Below are positions 13,601 through 24,327 of a stretch of 64,000 nt of DNA, piece by piece. Under the pieces are notes generated by a model. It did no database searches. It was not told where the DNA came from and saw only the letters and a program-made list of their open reading frames with translations. The stretch comes from Tubiluchus corallicola. Taxonomy: Eukaryota; Animalia; Priapulida. Position numbers and translations under genes: made by a program. Every line of letters begins with the position of its first letter. Position 1 is the stretch's first letter. The stretch spans positions 62,001-126,000 of the forward strand of contig JAQGDQ010000270.1 of NCBI GenBank assembly GCA_030141605.1, in the 5' to 3' direction.

Positions 13601-16600
13601 TGGATGACGGCCGTGTTCGATATTCGTTTGGGATGCTTTCATCCGCTTGTTGCCTTTGCGTGTTTGGCTGTGACCTCATTGAGTATGGACGTATCTTCAA
13701 ATGTGGGTCGGACATCCCTGCTCATCCAGTAACTCATCTTAACGAATTTTACTTGATAAGAAACAAATTCCGATCCAGCCACAATCTTTTAATAGGTCTG
13801 CCATTGAACACTGGATTCCAGCTTGTAAAACTGCAACAACAACTAGAAAATAACATTGGCATAAGGAATTTCACAGTAAATACTTCCAAAGTGAAAACGA
13901 ATGCCATATCTTTTCTGAATCACAGACTGATTTTTCCATGTTAAATTAACATAATCGTGTTTGCATACCTTAGCTGCTGGGACGGGAAGTATACACCTCC
14001 AACAATCAGCTTGGTGGAGTACAGATTATGTATCACAACGGCGTCTCTCACGCTACCGTACCTAACGACATGGACGGAATTAATCTCATTCTTAAATGGT
14101 TGTCGTATATGCCCAGGGTAAGAGAAGTTTTACATACAGTCATGCGTCTTTACACTGCCTACTTTTGAACTCCAGATTAGGTTGAATTAAATGAGTTTGG
14201 CTTTATATAATGTTTGTGCAAGTATAGACATTCTGTTTTTCCAAAATATATGTGGGGTGCTATAATGAGGTTTGACTGTAGTTTTACGTTTAGCTAAAAT
14301 TACATAGTGCGACAAAAGATATAGCAGCAACATTGCAATAATTACTTTTTACTTTTTCTAAGTCTCTTCAGTAAATTCTTTATTATAAGCATTATCTTTT
14401 TTAATTAGTTCAGCCGTCAGGTCCTGTGAGGGCTATGCTATGCTAAAAAATCTAACTTTGCTTCATTGAAATTATTGCAACTTCTATGCTATGCTAAGTA
14501 ATGTAACTTTGCTTCGTTGAAATTGTTGTAACTTCTATACCAACTTCTATGCTATGCTAAGTAATGTAACTTTGCTTTGTTGAAATTGTTGCAACTTCTT
14601 ACCAATAAGATATATATTTTGAATTTGTTAGTTAAAGTTAGCTTTAAGTTAGCTTTTTCCAACTATTTTGTAAATAATTTAAATTTTAAGTTGTTGTATT
14701 TTTCTTAATAAACAAAAAGTAAATTTTCACATTACTAATAAACTGATAGTTGTTTATTAATTTACAGAGAAGAAAATGTAGAAAATGATCTTTTTCTTTC
14801 TATTTTTTATTTCATTTTTGCCAAAATGTAGGTTTTATTAGTTGCACACAATTAAATTTTATGTTGCAGTTGTGCGAGATGAAAAAATCCCTCATTTGAA
14901 AAACAAGGAAAAAAGAAAAGGCATTTTTTCACTTTTTTTATTTTTTGTCACTCTTATTATCATTAAAAATTTATTTGTATTGTGCAGGATAATATGAGTC
15001 CGGTTCCCTATGTTCCCCCCGTAGATCCGGTTGACAGAGACGTGGAATTCTGTCCCACGAAGGCGCCATACGATCCCCGGCATATGCTTGCGGGAAGAAT
15101 GGACCACGCGTCCGAACGTTGGGAGAGTGGGTTTTGCGACCGGGATAGCTGGGATGAAATCATGGCTTCGTGGGCACTCAGCGTGGTCGTGGGACGTGGC
15201 AGGTCAGTTTGTTGTCATGCCATAAAAGCCCATGATGGGACGAACTCTTTCATTTGTAAACAAGTTCCAGAAACTGTACCCATAGAAAACGTTTGTCTTG
15301 ATAAAGCAATACTGGTCGACGTTTTTTTTTATAAAAAGTTGTATCATATGACAGCAAAACTAAACAATAGGCACTATCTCCATCAATTAACTATGTTTCT
15401 GTGCTTAGATTAGATTAGATTAGATTACATTAGATTAGATTAGATTAGATTAGATTAGATTAGATTAGATTAGATTAGATTAGATTAGATTAGATTAGAT
15501 TAGATTAGATTAGATTAGATTAGATTAGATTAGATTAGATTAGATTAGATTAGATTAGATTATTTATTGAATCTAAAAATTCAGTTGCACATTTACATAA
15601 ATAAGATCGTTAAACAATTAAAGATAATTAGCTAATGTTTTTGTGAGAGCAAAACCTACCAGGTGTGCATGCACTAATGAAGATCCACATTAATCAGTCA
15701 TTACTATTAAATTTAGAGAAAACAACAGAATGAAATTTAAGTAGTTTAAAAGAGAAAGAGCTAAAGTTGTTGCATTCACAATGTGTAACGGCACGGTATT
15801 CCACATTCTATTACCCATTTGGAAATGAATATTTAGAAGCATTAATACGACAAAGGCTTTCATACAAATTGCAACTATGGCCCCCTTTAAACCGAAACTA
15901 GGCGTATATTGAAATTTTTAAGTCAATATAAACCCATGACAAATTTTGTGTTACAATTATTTCAAGTTTTTTATTCTTGTTGCAATACTTCTGCTGTCTT
16001 GCTAGTTGCATTGTTGAAGTAAATTGAATGTTGTATGTTATAGATTGGGTGGAATTCCTATAAGCATAATAGCTGTAGAAACTAGAACAGTTGAAGTTGG
16101 TATTCCAGCCGATCCCGCTAACGACGATTCCGAAGTAAAGGTAAATAGGAAACACGGCATAATTCATCGTTTAAATAAAATTTAGGTTAGTTGGCTGACT
16201 GGTTGATTTGCTGACTGACTGACTAACTGATCGACGTTTAGCAAGACTGCCTTACTGGTTGCCCAACTCATTAACTGACTCTCTATGTGACTGACCAACT
16301 CCACAGACTACTCCTCAAACTCATTCAATGATTGCTTGACTCATCTATAGACTTACTGACTGAGTGACTTGGTTTCTGTTTAACTGACAGACGAATTGTG
16401 TTATTATCATTACCAACTATTATATTTTGTGTGGTTAGTTTGCATAAAAGGTAAATGAACATTTTCAAATTTGCAGCTCATACCTCAAGCAGGACAAGTG
16501 TGGTATCCGGATTCGGCATACAAGACCGCTCAAGCCATATTCGACTTCAACAAGGAGAAACAACCTTTGATTATATTTGCTAACTGGCGCGGATTCTCCG

Positions 16601-19600
16601 GCGGAATGAAAGGTAATGTTCCAAAAAAATGCCCAGTCTTGTTGCCCAGGGCCGCTTTAAGTAGGGGCATGCTGGGCAGTTGTCCGGGGCCCAGGAGCAC
16701 AGGGGTCTTATGCTAATCTATGTATGTTGTGACTTGCTGTCGATAAATAAATACTATAATATATGAAACTACTTTTATGTTGATTAGTCTTTGCTGTACA
16801 ACATGTTTTTTATGTTCAAATGCTGATTTTGTTGAAAGTGCCAATACAATAAAGATATGTTTAGTTTTATCGATTATTTACATTTTTATACCTGTGAGTG
16901 GTTGTATAGGTAAGAACCCCAATGCATTGGTTTGCCCGGGGGCCTATAATGCTGTTAAGATGTTATGAAAAATAGCTATCAGGCTTGTAAAAATACTATA
17001 AGCAGCATTGCATTAACATGCACATTAATGTTGACCATATCATCTAATAAGTGTGCATTTTCCATTTCAGACATGTTTGATCAGGTACTTAAGTTTGGAT
17101 CATATATAGTTGATGCTCTAGTGAATTACACGCAGCCAGTACTCGTGTACATTCCTCCCTACGCGGAACTGAGAGGTGGCGCTTGGGTCGTAGTGGATCC
17201 ATCCATTAACAATCGTTACATGGAGATGTATGCCGATCCAGACAGCCGGTGAGTAGAGGTCACGAAGCTGTGTTGTCTGGTATCAGTCAAGTCAAGTTTT
17301 TGTAAATACTTGTTGTAGGCATTATTTTAAAACTGTCACAATTTGGCTTGCCAAACGAATTTTCATAAAAATCTGTTTGTTTCAAACATGTATAACATTT
17401 GGGTATAAGAGCTTTCACTTTTTATGGAGCACATTTATACAACCCGTTGCATATGAATCTAAAACTGGCTAAAAATGTTAAAAAATTTAATAAACTACTA
17501 AACACTCACCTGTATAATTTATATAAGGTAAATAATTTATATAACTTGTATAATTTAAAACTACATGTCTGTGTTGTAACTGATCATCACTAAAAATATC
17601 GGTCTATCATTTTATGCAAAAGTTTTTATAAATGTGATAATGTGATTTTTATTGATGACTTTTTTGTTGTGATTTTTGTGATAATTTAAAGCGATTTATT
17701 AGATTTCAAGCAATTTGTCATAATTTAATGTGACTTTTTAATGTGTCATTCGTTAATTTTGTTTAGCACAGTTGATAGTATTTTAATATTGTATTGAGTG
17801 CTTATAAACAATGAACTTAACTGTTACTGTTACTGTAACATAAGAATGAACAATGTAGTCATTCTTTATCAAGGGAAAACTGCATAAAAGTATCACACAG
17901 ACATTTTTCTTCAGAATTTGATCTTGCCGAATTTTTGCACAGTTAAACAGCTTCTTTCGTATTTTTGTCAATGAAAGATACTTTGATAAGCTTCATTGAG
18001 CTCACAAAAATGCTCTGAATTTCTAAAGAGACCAAAAATAAATACATAAGAATTACAGTATAGTGACTAGTGAACACTGGGCTTTGACAGTTTCCTCTGG
18101 TAGTGTGACACGTACTGTACTTTTGAATCACAGAAACTTGATTCTGTGTGATCCATTTTTCGTAACATGCAAAAGGGATATTTTTTATGTTTGTGTCATA
18201 CTTACAGTGGACACTTTCCAAACCGTGATTCAACTCACATAACTAAAAAATTTGATGATTAAGGCAATGTTAACAGTTTATCTGTTATTTGAATATATCT
18301 AAAATTAAAAATGATTGATTTTGCACGATAATTATACGTGTCTCGTGTTGGTTTATAGCGGAGGTGTTTTAGAACCTGAAGGAACCGTGGAAATAAAGTA
18401 CCGATCCAAGGATCTGATTAAGACAATGAATCGCATTGATCCGGTGTGCATCAGCATCCGGCAACAGTTAGCATCACCAGATCTTGGTAAGTGTGGTGCT
18501 TTGTTTTCGGTGCTTCTTCAATCTTGTAAATTCTTTGCGAATTAAGCAAAATTGCTTGTTTAAATTAATTCATACTGATTTACAACAACCGCCGGTAAAG
18601 ATAGAATAGCGTGAGTTGTAATCAATGCAGGGATGAGAATTTTCCGCGGATACGCAGAATTCAGAGTGCTTGGAAGACCAGTAGTTCCATTTTTGTAAAT
18701 CGCATAAATTCGTTGAGAAAATTTTTACTAACCCAGTACATTATTTCACAAGCTGACTGCTAGTTGGCAGGCCGTCACTTTGTTTACATCATGTACATCA
18801 GTGTAACCATGTGTATATCTCTATGTATACAAATATAGAATCAATTGTGCAGAGTTATTTGAGTCAATGGCAGACAGTTTTAATATGCTTTTGCATAGGA
18901 GCAGCCAGTACTTGAGGCGTTTTTGAGACAATTAGGTATTATGTATCCTTAATAGTTGGATATTTTAAATTATGCATGAAACAAGGTAATTGATATTTTA
19001 AGTCCACTTAGAGGCTCTCTATGGTCACAAAGTTGCAATTTGTTGCTGGCTCCCAGGGGGCTTTGCCCCTCAACCCCATTGGGTGCCTAGGTGGCCCCAA
19101 AACCCCCGGCCTGTTTCAGATTTTTTTGCAATTTGTCATTCTCATCCCTGAATCAATGTTTCCTCTTCAGTTTGGTTTAATATGTACAGTGGTTAGAATT
19201 TCTTTTAATAAATTTCTTACGAGGAGAAATAATGATGCGCTGATGCGTTGTCAATGTGCTAACTGCAGTGAACTAGAACCCTAAGATCAAAGTCACAATG
19301 GTACGAAGTTGATGGCAAATCATCCTATTTGATTTCATCGTTTTTATCAGGTGCGGATGTAAAGAGACATTTGGAGATACAAATGCAAGAGCGCCACCAT
19401 CGCCTGATGTCCATGTACCATCAAGTAGCCATACAGTTCGCTGATTTGCATGATGTTGCTGGTAGAATGCAGGAGAAGGGAGTGATCCAGGTTGGTGCAA
19501 TATCGTACTATTATATAATGTACGGTCTGCTAATTTACACGACTTTGCTGGTAGAATGCAGGAGAAGGGAGTGATCCAGGTTGGTGCAATATCGTACTAT

Positions 19601-22600
19601 TATGTAATGTACGGTTTGCTAATTTACACGACTTTGCTGGTAGAATGCAGGAGAAGGGAGTGATCCAGGTCGGTGCAATATCGTACTATTATGTAATGTA
19701 CGGTTTGCTAATTTACACGACTTTGCTGGTAGAATGCAGGAGAAGGGAGTGATCTAGGTCGGTGCGTTATCATACTGTTATGTAATGTATCGCATAATCT
19801 ACTGTTTTCCATCAGTAAATTATACCTGTTAGGTAACACTTGTTCAAAAACGATCTTTTACGTGTAATGGCCCCAGTCTCTGCAATAAAATTTTGAAAAG
19901 TTTAGACATCTTTTAAAGACACGTTAATTCATGCAAGCATACAACTAAATACAGTTTTGGAGCCTACAGCCAAATCGTAGAGTTTTACTTCTGATTCTTA
20001 CATTTCAAAATGAAATCAGTTGTTTCTTCCAAATGGCTTGATTAACTATTTTATAATAGTTGCTTTCTTTAATATAACTAGCAATAAGTTCTTCTATATT
20101 TTCATGTAATTTTACTAAATTTTTCTTGTGAACTTGCATATCATTTACCTGTTTTAAATCAGCTTTTTAATATTTGCTTTATGTTTTTTTCTATACAGCA
20201 TTTAATCATATATTTATGTGGATTTTACACTATAAAAAATAAATAAACTTAAACTTAAGCTTACAATTAGTGCTACAGTCCCATAAAGGCCAAGCTGCAA
20301 CCGCGCCAGTACTGAGTCAGCAATGTTAACTCTATGGCTAGGAAGTGGCTTTATGTTTGGTTTGCCTTTATGCCAGCATTGCGAGCATTGCCAGAATGAG
20401 CCGCACTAAAGCCATAACTGCCCCATACTGACAATGTTTACTGGGTAACATGTTTGCTTAATTACTCATTAATTCTAAGCAAAAAACATTAGATATCATA
20501 AGTTGAAGTAGAAAAATGAAAATGCGTAGCGAAAATAGAAATTGCATATTGGTAACAAAAGTAGTGTGTATAAAAATGAAAAGCTAAAAACTGAGATTTA
20601 AAATGCAAAAAAAGAACACTTAAATGAATGAATTATATCCCAGGGTTGAAAACCCAATGGGCTGCCATTACACTGATTGTTTCCTCCCCTTTCTGTAAAA
20701 TCCCAGTGGCATTTAGAACACCGCACTCACCGCACATCTTACTGGCACTGTGTTTAGTACTGCATTTGAAATTAGGTGACAAAAAAGTGTTTTTTATTAT
20801 GCAGGTCGCGACCTCATAATAAATTTGGCTGTTGAACCTTGTCAAAAAATCTAAAATAGCAAAAATTCTGGATTAACCGAAAATCAATTAGATTGCTATT
20901 AAATTAGCGCTTGAAAAGAATAGAGGAGTGCAATTTTTTTCCAAGGCTTCATTTTAACAATTACAAAGATTTCAGGTATCAAATATTCCTCACCCTAATG
21001 TTTATCTGGTTAGTCAGTACGGCTTTTTTTATGACAGGATGTCGTTCCTTGGAAGAATTCTCGCCGCTTCTTCTACTGGCGATTGCGGCGCCTCCTACTG
21101 GAGAACAAAGTGCAGCAGGAGGTGTGGAAAGTTTATCCGGATCTTACCGATGGTCAGGTGCAATCCATGTTACGGCGGTGGTTCATCGAAGCTAAGGGAA
21201 CTGTAAATGTGAGTCATTGTATTGACCAACGGACAAGTTCGTAAATGTACAGTATGTAATCGCTTAATGACACTAATGTGTTCCGGCAAAAAGCGATGTT
21301 AAGCAAAACATCGTTAAACGAAACCAACATGTCTACAGAAAGCAATGTAATAGAATTGAGATACATTCTAGAAGCAAAAATCAATACTGTTTAAATCCTA
21401 ATATAAATTAAATGTTTATGAGTTTTATTCATATTTCAACTGATCAATTTCTTTCTTTTTGCATGAAGCATTTCTTACCAATACCTAGCTAGACATGCTT
21501 CTGGTTTCTTTTTCATTAACGTTGAAGCCCTATATATCTAAGCAGTTAGTGGTTAAACAATGCGTGGTGAAAGTCTTGTGCTAGAGCAGGGGTGTGCAAA
21601 TTATCTGACTAGCCGGACCACAATAAACATTCCCGCAATTCCTGTGAGCCACATGCAGTTTGGTGAAGGAGCCGAGTACAGTAGGACCTAATAACGATTT
21701 TTTCTTGCATCCGATTTGCACACATCATTACTACTGCACTACTACACTCAAGAAACTATTTTAGAAGTTATTAAAATTTATATTAAGAACCATATATTTC
21801 GTCATGTCCGACAGTGACATTAAGTGACAACGGTCTTGTAAGGGTTAATGTCATCCGATCTAGAGGAAAAAACTACCCGCACTATCTTTGCGATATTGGC
21901 ACAGACTTCAGCTGGATCGCGTGGGCCGCACTTTAATCACATTGACAAACCTTTTCGCGGGCCACGCAAGATATCTCGGCGGGCCGCAGTTTGCACACCC
22001 GTGTGATAGAGTGATCTTCGGTCAGTTTCGTGTAGTACTACTCTGGCTGCCATGTAACAAGTTGCAGACAAAATTCCTTGGTATAAAGTTTGAACTCGGG
22101 TGTCTACAGGCGAATAAATTGCAAATAGATTTTCTTTGATCAAGTGGCTAGTATTTGGTACATAATTAGTATGGAAGCAAAAACATATAATAATTGTATT
22201 GTTTTTAGAAGAGAATAATGCAAGTACATACCGATTTAATGCTTCAAATTGGGAAAAAAATGTTGATAAAAGTAGCTTTGAGCAAAGTTAAAACCCGTCG
22301 TTAAACCGAAACGTGCGTCATTAAGTGAGAAAAAGGTGTAAAATGTTCAGCGTCGTGAAATGTCGCTAAGCGGGAAGTCATTAAGCGAGGCGTACTGTAA
22401 TTTAATTCCAGTTATTTTCATGTAACTAAAGACTGAGCTTACATTTGTGCTTCTGCTCATAACAAGAAATCGACGTCTAATTGCATTTTTGTGCGAAGTA
22501 GGAAATGACTCAGCTGTTTAGAACCTTGTACTCAGTTGAGTATTTCTGCTCACTGCAACAAGTTTGAGTATTGCATGTAACTGAATGTTTGGAACAAGTA

Positions 22601-24327
22601 GTTTTTGGAAGTCTAATGCAGAATTTGTAATAATAATAATAATGTGTTTACCTGTAAAGCTTTCTTTCAATAGTTTTTTCAAAGATGCTGTACAATTAAA
22701 AATATTTTGATAACATACTAAAAAGCTGTAATGCAATTAGACTTATCTATAAATTGTAAAAGCCACAAGTCATTCATCACTTATACGTTAAAATACTGGT
22801 TAAAAAGATTGAGTTTTTAGTTTCCTTTTAACAGTACTCAACTTAGTACTTCTGCTAATTAGAAGATGAGTATCACATGCAACTGTATTTACGCTTCGAA
22901 TATTAAACACCCTTGTTCTAGAACTTGTACTCAGTTTGAGTTCAAAGATATATTATACAGTCAAACCAGTTTCTACCAGCTAGTATGAGACTGAAAAAAA
23001 GTTGGCATTGATGGAATTTCGCGTTATAATGAGGTGCATTAATACATACATGTTTATGGAAATATAGACTTCATGTTTTGTCAAAACTTTGGGTGTTAAA
23101 CGAGATTGGCATTATAAGGGGGGAGGGGGGCACTATAACAAGGTTCGATTGTATATAATGTTTATCAGTTTGTGATATTATTTATTAGAACGTTTGAACA
23201 AACAATTAGATTGGTTAGTGTCAATTAGCATTTTTGCAACTAATTAATTAATCAACTAGCAAATGCAAAATTGTACAAAAGAAAATTGAATATGTTTTAA
23301 TAACATGCTACTGATGGCTGTTATGCTGATGTTAACTCTATTATACTGATGTATAATTAAACTGATGTTAACTACACAGGTTCCAAGTAATATTTAATAC
23401 CACTGATTGCTTCTACTTCTTCTACACTGTGTGATAAGATCATGAATGTATATATTAGTAATTTCGTTCATTTTCTACATTATATTCAGGGTTACTTGTG
23501 GGATGATAACGGTACGGTGGCTGAGTGGCTTAGAGAACAGTTGGAACAAGATGCGAATACTTCTGTTATAATGGAGAATATACGAGCACTACAGAGAGAC
23601 GCCGCCATTAAAAACATCAGACAGTAAGTAATAGTGTGGCAGCTCCAGTAACAGGGTACTTATTTATTTTTGCCATTTATTTTGAATGCGTAATAATTAA
23701 TGCTGCTCACTTTCTTAGAAACATACTCAATATACAAATGAGCTTGCATTCAATAAATTATGTACAGTTGGAATAATATGCGAATACTGTTATAATGGAG
23801 AATATACGAGCACTACAGAGAGACGCCGCCATTAGAAACATTAAACAGTAAGTAATAATGTTGCAGCTCTAGTAATGGGGTACTTATTTCTTTATAAAAT
23901 TTATTTTGAATGCACAGTAATAGTTACTGCAGTTCACTTTCATAGAGACACACTTAATATATAAACAAGCTTGCATTTAATAAATTATGTTGGAATAAGA
24001 TGTAGAAATTATAATTCTTATCATATAGAATCTTGTAACCGTAACACTGTAGAGAAGTGCTGCATATTAGAAAAGCACATATATAAAAATTAGAAAATAT
24101 CACAAAAAATACACATATCTTTAAATGCTTTAAAACTTTGAATTGTCTTAGTTCATTCTAACATTTTGCTGTTTTGTCTTAGGACACTTCAAGAGTATCC
24201 AGAAGTAGCGATGGACTCCATCGTACACATTACACAAAACATGTCGTCAGCGCAACGTGCAGATGTGATGCGGATTTTATCCTCCATGGACATCGCTAGC
24301 GACGACGCGTCTAGCACGAAATCATGA
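1681..24327 (+). CDS. ACC: Acetyl-CoA carboxylase, 3' part (18 coding exons, about 863 aa; end of ACC central domain plus carboxyltransferase domain); 5' part lies upstream of the window
   Basis: Exons with AG/GT boundaries and consistent phase: 1681-1884, 2776-2934, 4830-4970, 5971-6102, 9585-9722, 10641-10761, 12486-12583, 13001-13111, 13974-14117, 14988-15202, 16044-16140, 16477-16612, 17071-17248, 18359-18486, 19351-19490, 21038-21208, 23490-23623, 24183-24327 (TGA); total 2592 nt, divisible by 3. Recognised ACC motifs: [136 protein letters not shown]. Confidence 0.97.
5173..5881 (+). mobile_element. Non-autonomous Helitron (about 709 bp) in an ACC intron
   Basis: Begins A|TCTATATAT and ends CTAG|T. 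A subterminal hairpin cgcaaaa-tt-ttttgcg (5853-5868) lies about 10 nt before the CTAG. No TSD, and the interior is GC-richer than the flanks. Confidence 0.75.
6265..6910. repeat. Minisatellite of 11/12-bp subunits forming a 23-bp unit
   Basis: (tagaaaccaaaa tagaaaccatg)n with recurring variant blocks. Confidence 0.95.
7506..8273. mobile_element. TA-flanked Tigger-like non-autonomous element, same family as 21250-22397
   Basis: ta|cagtaa ... ttactg|ta ends and collinear internal similarity to 21250-22397. Confidence 0.65.
8370..8856 (+). mobile_element. hAT relic retaining the C-terminal dimerisation-domain fragment
   Basis: About 8447-8600 translates (with a stop and a frameshift) as [45 protein letters not shown], resembling the hAT C-terminal consensus. 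GGGCCC-rich degenerate ends. Confidence 0.65.
9033..9213. repeat. Local tandem duplication (about 100-bp period)
   Basis: aatgaatttt.caaataaattattg.caaaattcctacgtgc.gttatt.aagaataccaattt occurs twice. Confidence 0.85.
9816..10211. mobile_element. MITE-like element with nested inverted repeats
   Basis: Outer aagccttttcacagtt / aactgtggaaggctt and an inner perfect 19-bp pair aggtcaaaggttaagtgaa / ttcacttaacctttgacct. TSD unclear. Confidence 0.65.
13530..13730 (+). mobile_element. Possible tRNA-derived SINE relic
   Basis: A box TAGCCAAGTGGTTAAAG and a B-box-like GTTCGATATT at extended spacing. Confidence 0.4.
14137..14278. mobile_element. Degenerate short Tigger-type MITE just downstream of an ACC donor
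   Basis: ta|cagtca ... tataatgaggtttgactg|ta. Confidence 0.55.
14432..14600. repeat. About 52-61-bp tandem repeat, 3 copies
   Basis: ctatgctatgctaagtaatgtaactttgcttcgttgaaattgttgcaactt and variants. Confidence 0.85.
15407..15860 (-). mobile_element. 3' end of a CR1/L2-type LINE with an expanded (TCTAA)n tail
   Basis: (TTAGA)n at 15407-15562 abuts tttatt (AATAAA on the minus strand). The minus strand encodes [27 protein letters not shown], resembling the CR1/L2 ORF2 WNxLP tail. Confidence 0.6.
16647..16962. mobile_element. hAT-like non-autonomous element, right TIR truncated
   Basis: Starts cagggccgctttaag, has GGGGCCC subterminal motifs at both ends, and ends gttaagatg (partial TIR). No TSD recovered. 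Confidence 0.55.
17350..17770 (+). mobile_element. L2-like LINE 3' fragment
   Basis: Translates [38 protein letters not shown], matching the L2 C-terminal pattern G.RAF...P.LWN.LP...FK..LKTHL. Ends approximate. Confidence 0.55.
18628..19150. mobile_element. hAT-type MITE
   Basis: 13-bp perfect TIR cagggatgagaat / attctcatccctg; perfect 8-bp TSD aatcaatg (18620-18627 and 19151-19158). Confidence 0.9.
19432..19790 (+). repeat. 89-bp tandem repeat, 4 copies, spanning an ACC exon-intron junction
   Basis: GT donor copies at 19491, 19580, 19669 and 19758, each preceded by ttgctggtagaatgcaggagaagggagtgatc(c/t)ag. Confidence 0.95.
21250..22397. mobile_element. TA-flanked Tc1/pogo (Tigger-like) non-autonomous element, host of the nested hAT MITE
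   Basis: ta|cagta..tcgcttaatgac ... gtcattaagcga..tactg|ta. Shares internal blocks (tttcttaccaatacctagcta, aaacgtgcgtc, cagcgtcgt) with 7506-8273. Confidence 0.75.
21587..22003. mobile_element. hAT (Charlie-like) MITE, copy 1, nested in a TA-flanked MITE
   Basis: TIR caggggtgtgcaaa / tttgcacacccgtg; TSD tgctagag / tgatagag (7 of 8 match); GCGGGCC subterminal motifs; homologous to 30684-31183. Confidence 0.88.
22958..23151. mobile_element. Short Tigger-type MITE (CAGTCAAACC family)
   Basis: ta|cagtcaaacc ... ggttcgattg|ta; interior similar to 50627-50796 (ttataatgaggtgc, ttggcattataagggggg). Confidence 0.65.
23538..24002 (+). repeat. About 227-bp tandem duplication spanning the donor of the penultimate ACC coding exon
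   Basis: ataatggagaatatacgagcactacagagagacgccgccatta..aca|gtaagtaata occurs twice; the second copy starts at 23765. Confidence 0.92.
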
